In this document: positions 17,695 to 26,909 of the stretch, in pieces | Numbering within the stretch: position 1 is the first letter of the stretch | Layout of the letters: each line of letters begins with the position of its first letter | Assembly: GCA_041489925.1 (NCBI GenBank) | Contig: JBGPSD010000004.1 | Location: forward strand, 25,143-89,142 | DNA from: Candidatus Nanoarchaeia archaeon | GTDB lineage: Archaea > Nanobdellota > Nanobdellia > Woesearchaeales > ARS49 | Direction: 5' to 3' | Length of the DNA stretch: 64,000 bases | Notes under the pieces: model-generated | What the model saw: the letters and a program-made list of their open reading frames with translations, nothing else | Databases searched by the model: none | What the model was told of the DNA's origin: nothing | Made by a program: the position numbers and the translations under genes

Positions 17695-18225
17695 ATGGCA
17701 GCAACAGTAAAAGCATTGCTTGAGGGCGATGTTGTAAGGACAGAGAATAATGATGAGGCAAGGGAGCTGTTCAGCAGGAGCCAGTTTGGCGGCTTGCTTG
17801 ATGACGGAAGAGTCCAGCTCTCTCCCATTGAGGCTGTTTATCTTACTGCCAAGAAGCGTTTGCAGGTTTATGATGGCAGGAACAAGCAGGTGAAGCTTGA
17901 CAAGCTTGTCGCAAAGGTGCGCAGGAAAGACAGGAACTTCTGGGTGAGGTATTCAACCTTCAAGGACTTGCGCGACAGGGGATACATTGTAAAGACCGCC
18001 CTAAAATTTGGCGCTGATTTCAGGGTTTACGACAGGGGCATCAAGCCTGGTGAAGGCCACGCAAAGTGGATTGCATACCCTGTGAGCGAGCACGAGCGCC
18101 TTAGCTGGCAGGAATTCGCTGCAAAGAACAGGGTTGCGCACAGCACAAAGAAGAATCTGCTTGTCTGCGTTGTTGATGATGAAGGCGATGTGAGCTACTG
18201 GGTAGTCCACTGGACAAAGCCCTGA
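17695..18225 (+). CDS. endA: tRNA-splicing endonuclease
   Basis: Internal ATG at 17695 of ORF 17536..18225, exactly 26-27 nt after TATA tttttaaa (17665-17672). The 176-aa product has the EndA C-terminal catalytic domain (KDLRDRGYIVKTALKFGADFRVYDRG...HAKW...STKK). Confidence 0.85.
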   Translation: MAATVKALLEGDVVRTENNDEARELFSRSQFGGLLDDGRVQLSPIEAVYLTAKKRLQVYDGRNKQVKLDKLVAKVRRKDRNFWVRYSTFKDLRDRGYIVKTALKFGADFRVYDRGIKPGEGHAKWIAYPVSEHERLSWQEFAAKNRVAHSTKKNLLVCVVDDEGDVSYWVVHWTKP

Positions 18226-18268
18226 ACTTGCATAATCTATTTATACCACGTTCTAATTGGTTTTTGAT

Positions 18269-19318
18269 ATGGCCGCTTTGGATTATCGCGACAAGATTCG
18301 CGCAATGGCAGAGCAGAAGCCAGTCCAGCCCACTGCTGTCGCAAAAGAGCTGATGACAAATTCAATGCTCTCAAGCGCAATGCTTTCTGAGATGACTGAG
18401 AAAGGCCTTCTGAAAGTCTCTTCCCTGAAAGTTGGCAGTTCGCCGATTTACTATCACCCAGACCATCCAGAGCACCTGCTTGACTATGTCCAGAACCTTA
18501 ATGAGAAAGACAGGAGGACAGTTGTATTGCTTAAGGAGCAAGGGGTGCTTAGCGACACTTCACAAGACCCATTGACCAGGGTTTCTTTGAGGAACGTGAA
18601 GGATTTTGCAAAGCCATTGGATGTCACAGTTGATGGCAACAAGTCAATGTTCTGGAAGTTTTACACGCTCACAGATGAGGAGGCAGCAGAGAAGATAAAA
18701 CAAATGCTTCAGCCTGCAGAACAGCCAAAAGCTCCAAAGGCAAGAAAGCCAAGGGCAAGAAAGCCAAAGGTTGCGATTGAGCCTCAGACACAATTGCAGG
18801 CAGCGCAGGCTCCTGTTGCCACTCAGAAAGCGCCAGTTGCTGCGCAGGTTGTAGCGCCTGTGGCTGCCAAAGCGTCTGTTGCTTCAGCTCCTGTTGTTTC
18901 TGCTTCTGTAAGGGAAGAGCCTGCACTAAAGCCCGCAGCAATTGAAGCGCCTTCAGATGAGCAAAAGCCAATTGCACCAGCAGAGGCAGCGAGCCAGGCA
19001 TTGACAGGAGATGACCCTTTCCTGCAGAAGCTGATGGCATTCTTTGCCTCAAACAACATCACAATCCTTGAACAGATTGCACTTAAGAAGAAAAGCGAGT
19101 ATGACTTTGTTCTCCAGCTTGCCTCTCCTGTTGGCCAGCTGCATTATTACTGCAAGGCCAAGAACAAGGCAAAAGTTGGCGAGGCTGACCTTAGCCACGC
19201 ATTTGTGCAGGGCCAGCTGAAAAAACTGCCTGTGCTTTTCCTTGCGCCTGGAATTCTGACAAAGCCAGCCCAGGACCTGATGAAAGAGCTAAAGGGGCTC
19301 ACTGTCAAGCAGGTGTAA
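18269..19318 (+). CDS. Hypothetical DNA-binding protein: two winged-helix-like modules, an Ala/Pro/Lys-rich linker and a C-terminal nuclease-fold-like domain
   Basis: ATG at 18269, 26 nt after TATA atttata (18239-18245). The N-terminal wH-like segments are followed by a low-complexity KAPKARKPRARKPK...APVATQKAPVAAQVVAPVAAKA stretch. The C-terminal SEYDFVLQL...YYCKAKNK weakly recalls the PD-(D/E)xK/Mrr fold. The function is not established. Confidence 0.5.
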   Translation: MAALDYRDKIRAMAEQKPVQPTAVAKELMTNSMLSSAMLSEMTEKGLLKVSSLKVGSSPIYYHPDHPEHLLDYVQNLNEKDRRTVVLLKEQGVLSDTSQDPLTRVSLRNVKDFAKPLDVTVDGNKSMFWKFYTLTDEEAAEKIKQMLQPAEQPKAPKARKPRARKPKVAIEPQTQLQAAQAPVATQKAPVAAQVVAPVAAKASVASAPVVSASVREEPALKPAAIEAPSDEQKPIAPAEAASQALTGDDPFLQKLMAFFASNNITILEQIALKKKSEYDFVLQLASPVGQLHYYCKAKNKAKVGEADLSHAFVQGQLKKLPVLFLAPGILTKPAQDLMKELKGLTVKQV

Positions 19319-19321
19319 GCA

Positions 19322-20353
19322 ATGGGAGTAAATCTCAAGGAAATTGTTGCGAAAAAGCCGATTACATTTGAGGAATTAGCAGGAAAAGTTCTTGCCGTTG
19401 ACGGCTACAACATACTTTACCAGTTCCTGACAACTATCCGCACACCTGACGGAAGGCCTTTGACAGACAGCAAGGGTAATGTAACATCGCACCTGATTGG
19501 CTTGTTCTCAAGGACTTCAAGCTTTCTCAAGCAGGGGCTGAAGCCTGTGTTTGTTTTTGACGGCAAGGTTCCTGAGCTCAAGCACCGAGAGTTGGAAAAG
19601 CGCGCTGAAATAAAGATGGAAGCGCAGAAAAAGTTTGAGGAGGCAGTTAAGGAAAAGGATGTTGAGGCAATGCAGAAATATGGCGGACGCACAGCCCGCC
19701 TGACAAAGGAAATGGTTGAGGACGCGAAAACACTTCTTACTTTAATGGGAGTTCCTGTGATTCAGTCTCCGAGCGAGGGCGATGCGCAGGCAGCATTCCT
19801 TGTCAAGAACGGCGATGCATGGGCGGTTGTGAGCCAAGACTATGACGCGCTCTTGCACGGCGCTGACAGGCTGATACAAAATTTGTCAATTGCCGGCAGG
19901 AGAAAAAAGACAAAAGTCCTTGCAACAGTTATTGTCAAGCCCGAAATGATTGTCCTAAAGGAACTGCTGAAAGAGCTTGGCATCAATCACGACCAGCTTA
20001 TTGCGCTGTCAATACTTGTCGGAACCGACTATCATCCTGGCGGAATAAAAGGCCTTGGCCCGAAAAAGTCCCTCGCCCTTGTAAAAGAGCACAAGACTCC
20101 TGAAAAAATCTTTGAAGCTGCAAAATGGTCAGAGAACTGCAGTGTTCCCTGGCAGGATATATTCAAATTGTTCAAGGAAATGCCTGTCACTCGAGATTAC
20201 AAGCTCGTTTTCAAGGCGCCTGACAAGGAAGGGATAAAGAAATTCCTTGTTGAAGGCCATGATTTTGGCATTGAGCGCGTTGAAAATACTCTTGAAGAAT
20301 TGAAAGAACAGCACAGCAAAAGGCAGCAAAAAGGACTGGGTGATTTCCAATGA
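19322..20353 (+). CDS. fen: Flap endonuclease 1
   Basis: 343 aa with the XPG N and I domains (MGVNLKEIV..., DGYNILYQFL, SEGDAQAA) and a C-terminal PIP box QKGLGDF. Confidence 0.95.
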   Translation: MGVNLKEIVAKKPITFEELAGKVLAVDGYNILYQFLTTIRTPDGRPLTDSKGNVTSHLIGLFSRTSSFLKQGLKPVFVFDGKVPELKHRELEKRAEIKMEAQKKFEEAVKEKDVEAMQKYGGRTARLTKEMVEDAKTLLTLMGVPVIQSPSEGDAQAAFLVKNGDAWAVVSQDYDALLHGADRLIQNLSIAGRRKKTKVLATVIVKPEMIVLKELLKELGINHDQLIALSILVGTDYHPGGIKGLGPKKSLALVKEHKTPEKIFEAAKWSENCSVPWQDIFKLFKEMPVTRDYKLVFKAPDKEGIKKFLVEGHDFGIERVENTLEELKEQHSKRQQKGLGDFQ

Positions 20354-21168
20354 AGCTAAAAGAAGCATTGAAAGGAAAATTAACAGACAAAGAATGTGAT
20401 TTGCTCCGCGGTTTTGACACCATCGGCGATATTGCAGTCCTTGAAATACCGCGCGAGCTTGAAAAGAAAAAGAAAATCATTGCAAAAACACTGCTTGGGC
20501 TTTTGCCTTACATCAAGGTCGCTGTGAAAAAGAAAGGCGGGCACAAAGGGGTTTACAGGAAGCAGCCTGTTGAGGTTCTTGCAGGCGAGAAAAGAAAGAC
20601 AACTGTCCACAAGGAATTTGGTGTTGAATTAGGAATGAACATTGAGACCTGCTATTTCTCGCCGAGGCTTGCGAATGAGCGAGAGAGGATTGCAAAGCAA
20701 ATCAAGCAAGGTGAAACAGTCCTTGTGATGTTCTCTGGCGTTGCGCCTTATCCGCTTATCATTGCAAAGCTCTCGCAGGCTTACAAAGTGTATGGAATTG
20801 AGGCAAATCCTGCAGCTCACAAGTATGCCGTAGAGAACGTTGCAAGGAACAAGCTTGGACACAAGGTCATCCTGATTAAGGGCGATGCGAAAAAAGCAAT
20901 TCCCAAGGTAAAGTTTGACAGGATTGTGATGCCCTGGCCTCAAAAGGCAGACGAATTCCTTGGCGCAGCATTAAAGGCTGCAAACAAAGGCACTTTCATG
21001 CACTTTTATGACTTCCAGCCAGAAGGAAAATGGGATGATGCGGCAGAAATTGTAAAGCAGGCCTGCAGGAAAGCAAAAAAGAAGTGCAAGATACTCAAAG
21101 TTGTCGAATGCGGCCAGGTTGGAGTCAGGCAGAACCGTGTTTGCGTGGATTTTGTCGTGCAGAACTAG
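20350..21168 (+). CDS. Trm5/Taw2-family (Met-10+ like) tRNA methyltransferase
   Basis: 272 aa with a class I AdoMet-dependent methyltransferase core ([21 protein letters not shown]). It overlaps fen by 4 nt. Confidence 0.75.
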   Translation: MKLKEALKGKLTDKECDLLRGFDTIGDIAVLEIPRELEKKKKIIAKTLLGLLPYIKVAVKKKGGHKGVYRKQPVEVLAGEKRKTTVHKEFGVELGMNIETCYFSPRLANERERIAKQIKQGETVLVMFSGVAPYPLIIAKLSQAYKVYGIEANPAAHKYAVENVARNKLGHKVILIKGDAKKAIPKVKFDRIVMPWPQKADEFLGAALKAANKGTFMHFYDFQPEGKWDDAAEIVKQACRKAKKKCKILKVVECGQVGVRQNRVCVDFVVQN

Positions 21169-22304
21169 CCAAACATCGCGACATAATCATTGTCATCAGC
21201 AGGACCGCCTGCCCTGATTTTCTCTATTGCCAGAAGGAAGTCTGCTTCCTCTACTTTTGTCCTGCTGTCTCGGATTGCAAAGTAGCCTGCCTCTGTGACA
21301 ACTGCATTGATTTCTGCGCCTGAGAATCCTTCCATTGCCCCCACGATGTCAGGCATGTTGATCTTTGCGGTGTTGACATTCTTGATGTGTATCTTGAAAA
21401 TTTCCTTGCGCGCGTCTGCGTCAGGGATTGGGACATAAATTCTCCTGTCAAGCCTTCCCGGGCGGATAATTGCGGCGTCAAGTATGTCCCTTCTGTTTGT
21501 GCAGCCGATTATCTTGACATTGCCCAATGGCTTGAAGCCGTCAATCTCTGCCAGTAATTGCATGAATGTCCTTTGCACTTCGCGTTCTCCAGAGGTGCCG
21601 ATGTCAATCCTTGTTGCTGCGATTGCGTCAAGCTCGTCAATGAATATGATGCTCGGCGCCTTCTCGCGCGCCAGCTGGAAAATCTCCTTGACAAGCTTTG
21701 CCCCTTCGCCGATGAACTTCTGAACTAATTCCGACCCAACCACCTGTATGAATGTGCTGTTTGTGCTTGCCGCGACTGCCTTTGCAAGCAATGTCTTTCC
21801 TGTTCCTGGCGGTCCGAAAAGCAATATTCCTTTTGGCGGGGTTATTCCGATCTGCTTGAACAGTTCAGGCTTTTTCAATGGAAGCTCTATGACTTCCTTT
21901 ATTTCCTGCACCTGCTCTGCAAGCCCGCCGACTTCGCTCCACTTCATGTCTGGCTTTTCAAGTATTACAAATTTTTCAACATCAAACTTCTTGTTCGCGC
22001 CGACCTTGCGCAGTATTGTGAGGTTTTTCTGCTCTGCAAGCACGCTGTCGCCGGGCAGGAGCCCTTCGCAGTTCGTGGCAATCTCAACAAGGAACTCATT
22101 TCCGTTCGGCAGCCTTATCAGCGCCTTGCCTTCAAGAATGTCGCGTATTTCGCACGCAATCAGGGGCACCTTGCGGAATTTTTCAACCTCTTTCTCAAGG
22201 TTGTCAACGCTTTCGCGCAAAAACCTGTTCTCTTCCTCGAGCCCGTTTACGTTTGTTGCGTAGGAATAGCTGACGTCATCAACTTTTGTATTGTTGTTCG
22301 TCAT
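21165..22304 (-). CDS. pan: Proteasome-activating nucleotidase (PAN, AAA+ ATPase)
   Basis: N-terminal coiled coil, Walker A GPPGTGKT and Walker B IIFIDELD, about 380 aa. The C-terminus is ...DYVAMFG. Confidence 0.9.
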   Translation of the reverse strand: MTNNNTKVDDVSYSYATNVNGLEEENRFLRESVDNLEKEVEKFRKVPLIACEIRDILEGKALIRLPNGNEFLVEIATNCEGLLPGDSVLAEQKNLTILRKVGANKKFDVEKFVILEKPDMKWSEVGGLAEQVQEIKEVIELPLKKPELFKQIGITPPKGILLFGPPGTGKTLLAKAVAASTNSTFIQVVGSELVQKFIGEGAKLVKEIFQLAREKAPSIIFIDELDAIAATRIDIGTSGEREVQRTFMQLLAEIDGFKPLGNVKIIGCTNRRDILDAAIIRPGRLDRRIYVPIPDADARKEIFKIHIKNVNTAKINMPDIVGAMEGFSGAEINAVVTEAGYFAIRDSRTKVEEADFLLAIEKIRAGGPADDNDYVAMFG

Positions 22305-22376
22305 TGGAATCGTTTTTACCCCAAGATTGTTTATAAGCTTTGTGGTGAAGCTTTTTATTGGCGAAATCAGCGTTTT

Positions 22377-23453
22377 TTACCGCGTGACGTCAAAGCTTTG
22401 CACCTGCTCAAGCAGCTGCTTTAACTTTCCCTTGCTGAAGTGCTTGCGCACAGGCTCAAGGTATGAGTTGATTGCCTCTGCAACAGCCTTTTTCAGGTCC
22501 ATTGGGTGAAGCTTGCCTGTTGCATATGCCTTTTCAAGCTCTTCAAAGCTCTTTAAGTTGATATCCCCGCCAAACTTTTCAGGCCTTTGTATCAGGAGTT
22601 CTTTTTGTTTTTCAAAAACAATGTATTTGCAGTACTCAATTATTGGGTTCTCCTCAAGCTGTTTTGCAGGGCAGTACGCGTTTCCAATCTTGCGCGAGAC
22701 ATCTGCGGCAGAGTCAGTCATGAAAATAGACGAGTCAGGGTTGCTTTTGCTCATTTTCAGCGAGATTGTGCGTTCTGTCTTGTCCTCCCCTGACGCCGCT
22801 GGCGGCTGCTGAAGCCCCATAAGCATGTGGTGGTGGACTGCGACAGGCTTGCTCCATCCGAGCTTGGGTCCTAGTTCGCGCGCAAGGATGTTTACCTTGC
22901 GCTGGTCCATTCCAAGCTGGCAGATGTCTACGTTAAGGTGGAAGATATCAGCTGCCTGCATTGCCGGATAAAGTATCTGGGACGCGTACTGGAGCTCTTT
23001 TTCCTCGCGCCCCATTATCTGTCCGCAGCGCATCATCCTTGGTATTGTCGCGTGCCTTGTTACCTGCACGACTTTTTTCCAGTAAGATTCGTCATTTACA
23101 AACTTGCTGCAGTTCACGAACTTGACTTTGTCAAGGTCCATTCCGCTTGCTTTCCAGACCTCCTCAAAATACTGCCCGACTGTGTGTATCTTGTCAAGGT
23201 CTCCGCCCATCTTGTTGTTGAGCCAGGCGTGCCAGTCAGCCACCAGCATTATGAAACTGCACCCCGCCTTTGTCATCTTATTGACATTTATCGCCCTCAG
23301 GATTCCCTGGGCTATGTGAATACGGCCAGAAGGCTCAAATCCGTCATAAGCGACGGGATTTTTCTTTTTCTCAAGAAGCTCTCTTAGTTCCTTCTCTGTG
23401 ATGATTTCCTCCCCAACCTGCTTTATTAGTGCAAGGCGCTCATCAATGTTCAT
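22377..23453 (-). CDS. tyrS: Tyrosine--tRNA ligase (archaeal/eukaryotic type)
   Basis: It aligns by eye along its length with the M. jannaschii TyrRS as I remember it (YDGFEPSGRIHIAQG, KMSKS, RPEKFGGD, LHPMDLKKAVAE). Confidence 0.9.
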   Translation of the reverse strand: MNIDERLALIKQVGEEIITEKELRELLEKKKNPVAYDGFEPSGRIHIAQGILRAINVNKMTKAGCSFIMLVADWHAWLNNKMGGDLDKIHTVGQYFEEVWKASGMDLDKVKFVNCSKFVNDESYWKKVVQVTRHATIPRMMRCGQIMGREEKELQYASQILYPAMQAADIFHLNVDICQLGMDQRKVNILARELGPKLGWSKPVAVHHHMLMGLQQPPAASGEDKTERTISLKMSKSNPDSSIFMTDSAADVSRKIGNAYCPAKQLEENPIIEYCKYIVFEKQKELLIQRPEKFGGDINLKSFEELEKAYATGKLHPMDLKKAVAEAINSYLEPVRKHFSKGKLKQLLEQVQSFDVTR

Positions 23454-23560
23454 GTCCTGTTCCCTTTCTCCGTCGTTATTTAAACTTTTCCCCTGATTTC
23501 AAAAGAAAACATTTAAATACAACCTACACTCATTCGGGAGGAGTAAATAAGGTGTAACTA

Positions 23561-23827
23561 ATGGCAACAACTGATGAAAAGAAATTCTCAAAGCAATTGA
23601 TGGGCAAAACCGTAGTAAGCAAGTCTGGCAAGCGGTTTGGTGAGGTTGGCGACATTGTTTTCGAGACCAAGTCCGGTGAGCTTATTCACTTGGTTCTCAC
23701 AAACCCGACAGCATACACTGAAAAGCTTGAGCTTGAAAAGGACAAGGAAGGGCGCATGCTTATACCGTACAGCGCGGTCATAGCATCAGGCGACTTCATG
23801 GTTGTGTCAGAAGAAGACATTGTCTGA
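23561..23827 (+). CDS. PRC-barrel domain protein
   Basis: 88 aa with a GKTVVSKSGKRFGEVGDIVFETKSGELIHLVL ... GDFMVVSEEDI pattern typical of PRC barrels. SD ggaggag lies upstream. Confidence 0.65.
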   Translation: MATTDEKKFSKQLMGKTVVSKSGKRFGEVGDIVFETKSGELIHLVLTNPTAYTEKLELEKDKEGRMLIPYSAVIASGDFMVVSEEDIV

Positions 23828-23879
23828 TTTCCCTAAATCTTTTTAAACTGGCGGCTGTTCGTGCTATTCAGGGGGATGC

Positions 23880-24842
23880 ATGGCTGAAGAAAGTTCTATA
23901 ATCTGGACAGAGAAATACCGCCCAAAGAAGTTCTCAGAGGTAAAGGGCCAGGAAGCGGTTGTCAGCAAGATACAGTCATTTGTCAGCCAGAAAAACCTGC
24001 CCCACCTGCTTTTTGCAGGACCGCCTGGTGTTGGCAAGAGCACTCTGGCTTTGGTCGCTGCCCGCGAGCTTTTTGGGGAGAACTGGCGCCAGAATTTCCT
24101 TGAGCTGAACGCATCTGATGAGCGCGGCATTGACGTTGTCAGGGTAAAGGTCAAGGACTTTGCAAGGACAAAAGCAATGGGCAATGTGCCTTTCAAGATT
24201 ATTTTCCTTGACGAATGCGATGCGCTCACAAAAGAAGCACAGCAGGCATTGAGGAGGACAATGGAGAACTACACCTCAACGTGCCGTTTCATACTCGCTG
24301 CAAACTATTCAAGCAAAATCCTTGACCCGATACAGTCGCGTTGCGCAGTATTCCGCTTCAGGCCGCTGCCAAAGGAGGAGGTCTTTGGAATAATTGAGGC
24401 AGTGGCAAAGCAGGAAGGGCTTACTCTCACGCAGGAAGGCAAGAGTGCGCTTTTCGAGGTTTCTGAGGGTGACTGCCGCCGTCTTGAGAACATAATGCAG
24501 AGCTGCGCCGCAATGCAGGACAAAATCACTCCAGAGCTTGTTTTCTCGCTCGCGAGCATGGCCCAGCCAAAGGAAATCGCGCAATTGCTCCAGACAGCGC
24601 TCACAGGCGATTTTGTAAAGGCAAGGAACTCTTTGCTTGACACAATGCTGAAGTACGGGCTGTCAGGGCTTGACGTAATCAGGCAGATTCAGAAGGAAGT
24701 CTGGAACCTTGGCATTGACAACCGCGAAAAAGTAAAGCTCATTGACAAGTGCGGAGAAATAGAATTCCGCATGGTCGAAGGCTCTGATGAATACATACAG
24801 CTCGAAGCTCTTCTTGCGCATGTTTCTGCTGTAGCAAAGTGA
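23880..24842 (+). CDS. rfcS: Replication factor C small subunit
   Basis: WTEKYRP box, Walker A GPPGVGKS, Walker B FLDECD and the SRC motif (QSRC). Confidence 0.95.
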   Translation: MAEESSIIWTEKYRPKKFSEVKGQEAVVSKIQSFVSQKNLPHLLFAGPPGVGKSTLALVAARELFGENWRQNFLELNASDERGIDVVRVKVKDFARTKAMGNVPFKIIFLDECDALTKEAQQALRRTMENYTSTCRFILAANYSSKILDPIQSRCAVFRFRPLPKEEVFGIIEAVAKQEGLTLTQEGKSALFEVSEGDCRRLENIMQSCAAMQDKITPELVFSLASMAQPKEIAQLLQTALTGDFVKARNSLLDTMLKYGLSGLDVIRQIQKEVWNLGIDNREKVKLIDKCGEIEFRMVEGSDEYIQLEALLAHVSAVAK

Positions 24843-24917
24843 TTTAATTTTCTGATAAGAACTTTTATGGTTGGTCTCTGTGGCGTAGCCACCCACTTTG
24901 GAGTTATTATTTTAGAA

Positions 24918-25880
24918 TCAGCTAGTTGCAGGCGTCTCAACTGGAGTTTCCCCTGAGCTCTTGACTGTCAGTTGTGTCTGCTTGTATTCTTCGTAGTCAT
25001 ATGTTACATCAATGCTTATCTGCTGTTCAAAGTCTGTCCTTGAGGTTACTGTCTGTGTGCATGTCACAATCTTCTTTCCTTCGTAGAGTGTCATAAATCC
25101 TGCTGCCTTTGTCCCTGTTGTTGTGAGCGGGGTGCAAACCAGCCCTGGCATTCCTGTGTCAACGCTCACATAAACCTTGTTTTCCTTTGCCCTGGTGCTC
25201 CTGTCGCATACAGAGCCCTGCTCAAATATCTGTCCTGTTCCTGCGTTGGAGATTTCAAAGCTGAAGCTGAGCTTGTCCTTTCCGCGCGCTGTCTCTTTTA
25301 CAGCTCCGACCTGCACTGGCGCCCCTGAGTTCTTGGCGTCTTTGTCCTCGTTGATTTCGCAGATTCCGCCTGCCTCTGGCGCGAGCAGGTTTGAACGTAT
25401 GCAAATCTTGCTGGCTGCCTGCGTCAGGTATGTGTAGCAGATGTCTGCGCGCAATGGGAATGTGACCTGTGAGCCTGATATTGGTGAGAAGTGGTTGAGC
25501 CCTGTGAATTCAATTGTTGACTGGCTTCCCGGGAGAATGTTTCCCTGCGCGTCCTTTTTAACGCCCATGAGCTCTTCTGAGCTTGCCTTTGTCAGCTCTT
25601 CCTCGTGCTTGCTGAATTCTGCAGGGTTGATTCCTGAAATCTTCACCCTTACCCTGCCTGTTGCAACAGTTGCCTCTCCCTTGTTTTCAATCTTGACAAC
25701 AACATCAAATGGGTCCCTTCCGCCGTCAAACACAGCGCTGCGGAAATCAAGGAAGTCAGCAACAAGACCTGCTGTGCCGCCAACAAAAGGCGATCCGAGG
25801 TCAACAGTCTCTCCTGTTTTTCCTCCAGTGCACGCAGTAAGCATTGCAAGAAGAACAATTATCGCTATAATCTTTCGCAT
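24918..25880 (-). CDS. Surface lipoprotein, paralog 3 of a three-member family (two NxG beta-sandwich-like modules)
   Basis: MRKIIAIIVLLAMLTAC lipobox. It shares ICYTYLTQAASKICI, SGAPVQVGAV and FSFEISNAGTGQI blocks with the two upstream genes. TATA (minus-strand tttatata, 25903-25910) lies about 26 nt from the ATG at 25880. 25886 and 25913 are alternative starts. Confidence 0.65.
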   Translation of the reverse strand: MRKIIAIIVLLAMLTACTGGKTGETVDLGSPFVGGTAGLVADFLDFRSAVFDGGRDPFDVVVKIENKGEATVATGRVRVKISGINPAEFSKHEEELTKASSEELMGVKKDAQGNILPGSQSTIEFTGLNHFSPISGSQVTFPLRADICYTYLTQAASKICIRSNLLAPEAGGICEINEDKDAKNSGAPVQVGAVKETARGKDKLSFSFEISNAGTGQIFEQGSVCDRSTRAKENKVYVSVDTGMPGLVCTPLTTTGTKAAGFMTLYEGKKIVTCTQTVTSRTDFEQQISIDVTYDYEEYKQTQLTVKSSGETPVETPATS

Positions 25881-25937
25881 AGGCATTTCCGAGGATAATT
25901 GGTATATAAACATTTCTATGGCGTATTTGTTTCTGGC

Positions 25938-26909
25938 TTATACGCCAGGCAGAATTGTAAGGTCCTGGAACAGCGAGTCCTTGTATCCATAGCGCAGGTT
26001 TACTGTTATCGGGCTCACATATGTTGCCTCTCCGCGCGGCCTGTCAAACTCGCAGTACACAACTCCCTGCCTGTTTGTCAGCCTTATGTGGCCTGAGTCA
26101 AGCGGCCTGCAGCTTCCCCTTATGGAAACTCCGCTCACGCTCACATCCCCAAGTTCAACATAGTCAACCTCGTCAAAGCCGAGCTGGCCTCCTGGTGCGC
26201 ATTTGTTGAGCATAGACCCGCCTGACCTGAAGACTTCTCCTCCTCCGACATTCTGGACATGTATCTTGAACCTTGTCTTGCCCGGGCTTGCGTCAACCTC
26301 TATTGTGTTTACCGAGATTGGCGCTCCCTGTCCGCCTCCAAGCCCGACATTCTGGGGTATGCAGACCTTTTGTATTACTGCAGCGGCATATGGCTCAGGG
26401 TCAATGCAGACATTTGCAGAGGCAACTGTCTCGTATTCATAGCACGCTGTTGCGAGAAGCCTTACCGGATACCTGTCTGTCAGCACCCGCGTCATTGCCT
26501 TGAATGAGACAGTGTCAAAGCCTCCCTGGCTGATGAACTGAGTCCTTCCCTCAAGCAATGGTATCTGTTCGCCTGCTGGTGAAATTCCGCTGATTATTGA
26601 CGGGTCAAAACCTGAGACATAAACGCGGTCTCCTGGCCCGCCAACAGTGTAAGTGCCCCTGTTTTCAAGTTCAAGGACAACCGCAAGCTGTTCTCCTGAG
26701 AAAAGCCTTGTTGGCGGCATGTTCTGGCTGAACCTCATCGCGAGCCCTTGCGAGCCTGTCCTGAATTCCTGGACAAAGGTCTGCTGTGTCTTGGATACTG
26801 TTCCAGACGTGCAGCCTGCGAGCAATAGTATGAGCATGATTCCTAAAACCAGGATTGCCTTTCGCATTGTGTTCAAGCCCGATTTTGAATTATATAAATG
26901 TTTGGTCAT
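25938..26909 (-). CDS. Surface lipoprotein, paralog 2
   Basis: Lipobox LLLAGC with shared blocks ACYEYETVASANVCID, GQGAPISVNTI and FKIHVQNVGGGEV. An ATGA overlap with the upstream gene occurs at 26906-26909. An internal ATG at 26867 gives a canonical signal peptide. Confidence 0.65.
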   Translation of the reverse strand: MTKHLYNSKSGLNTMRKAILVLGIMLILLLAGCTSGTVSKTQQTFVQEFRTGSQGLAMRFSQNMPPTRLFSGEQLAVVLELENRGTYTVGGPGDRVYVSGFDPSIISGISPAGEQIPLLEGRTQFISQGGFDTVSFKAMTRVLTDRYPVRLLATACYEYETVASANVCIDPEPYAAAVIQKVCIPQNVGLGGGQGAPISVNTIEVDASPGKTRFKIHVQNVGGGEVFRSGGSMLNKCAPGGQLGFDEVDYVELGDVSVSGVSIRGSCRPLDSGHIRLTNRQGVVYCEFDRPRGEATYVSPITVNLRYGYKDSLFQDLTILPGV

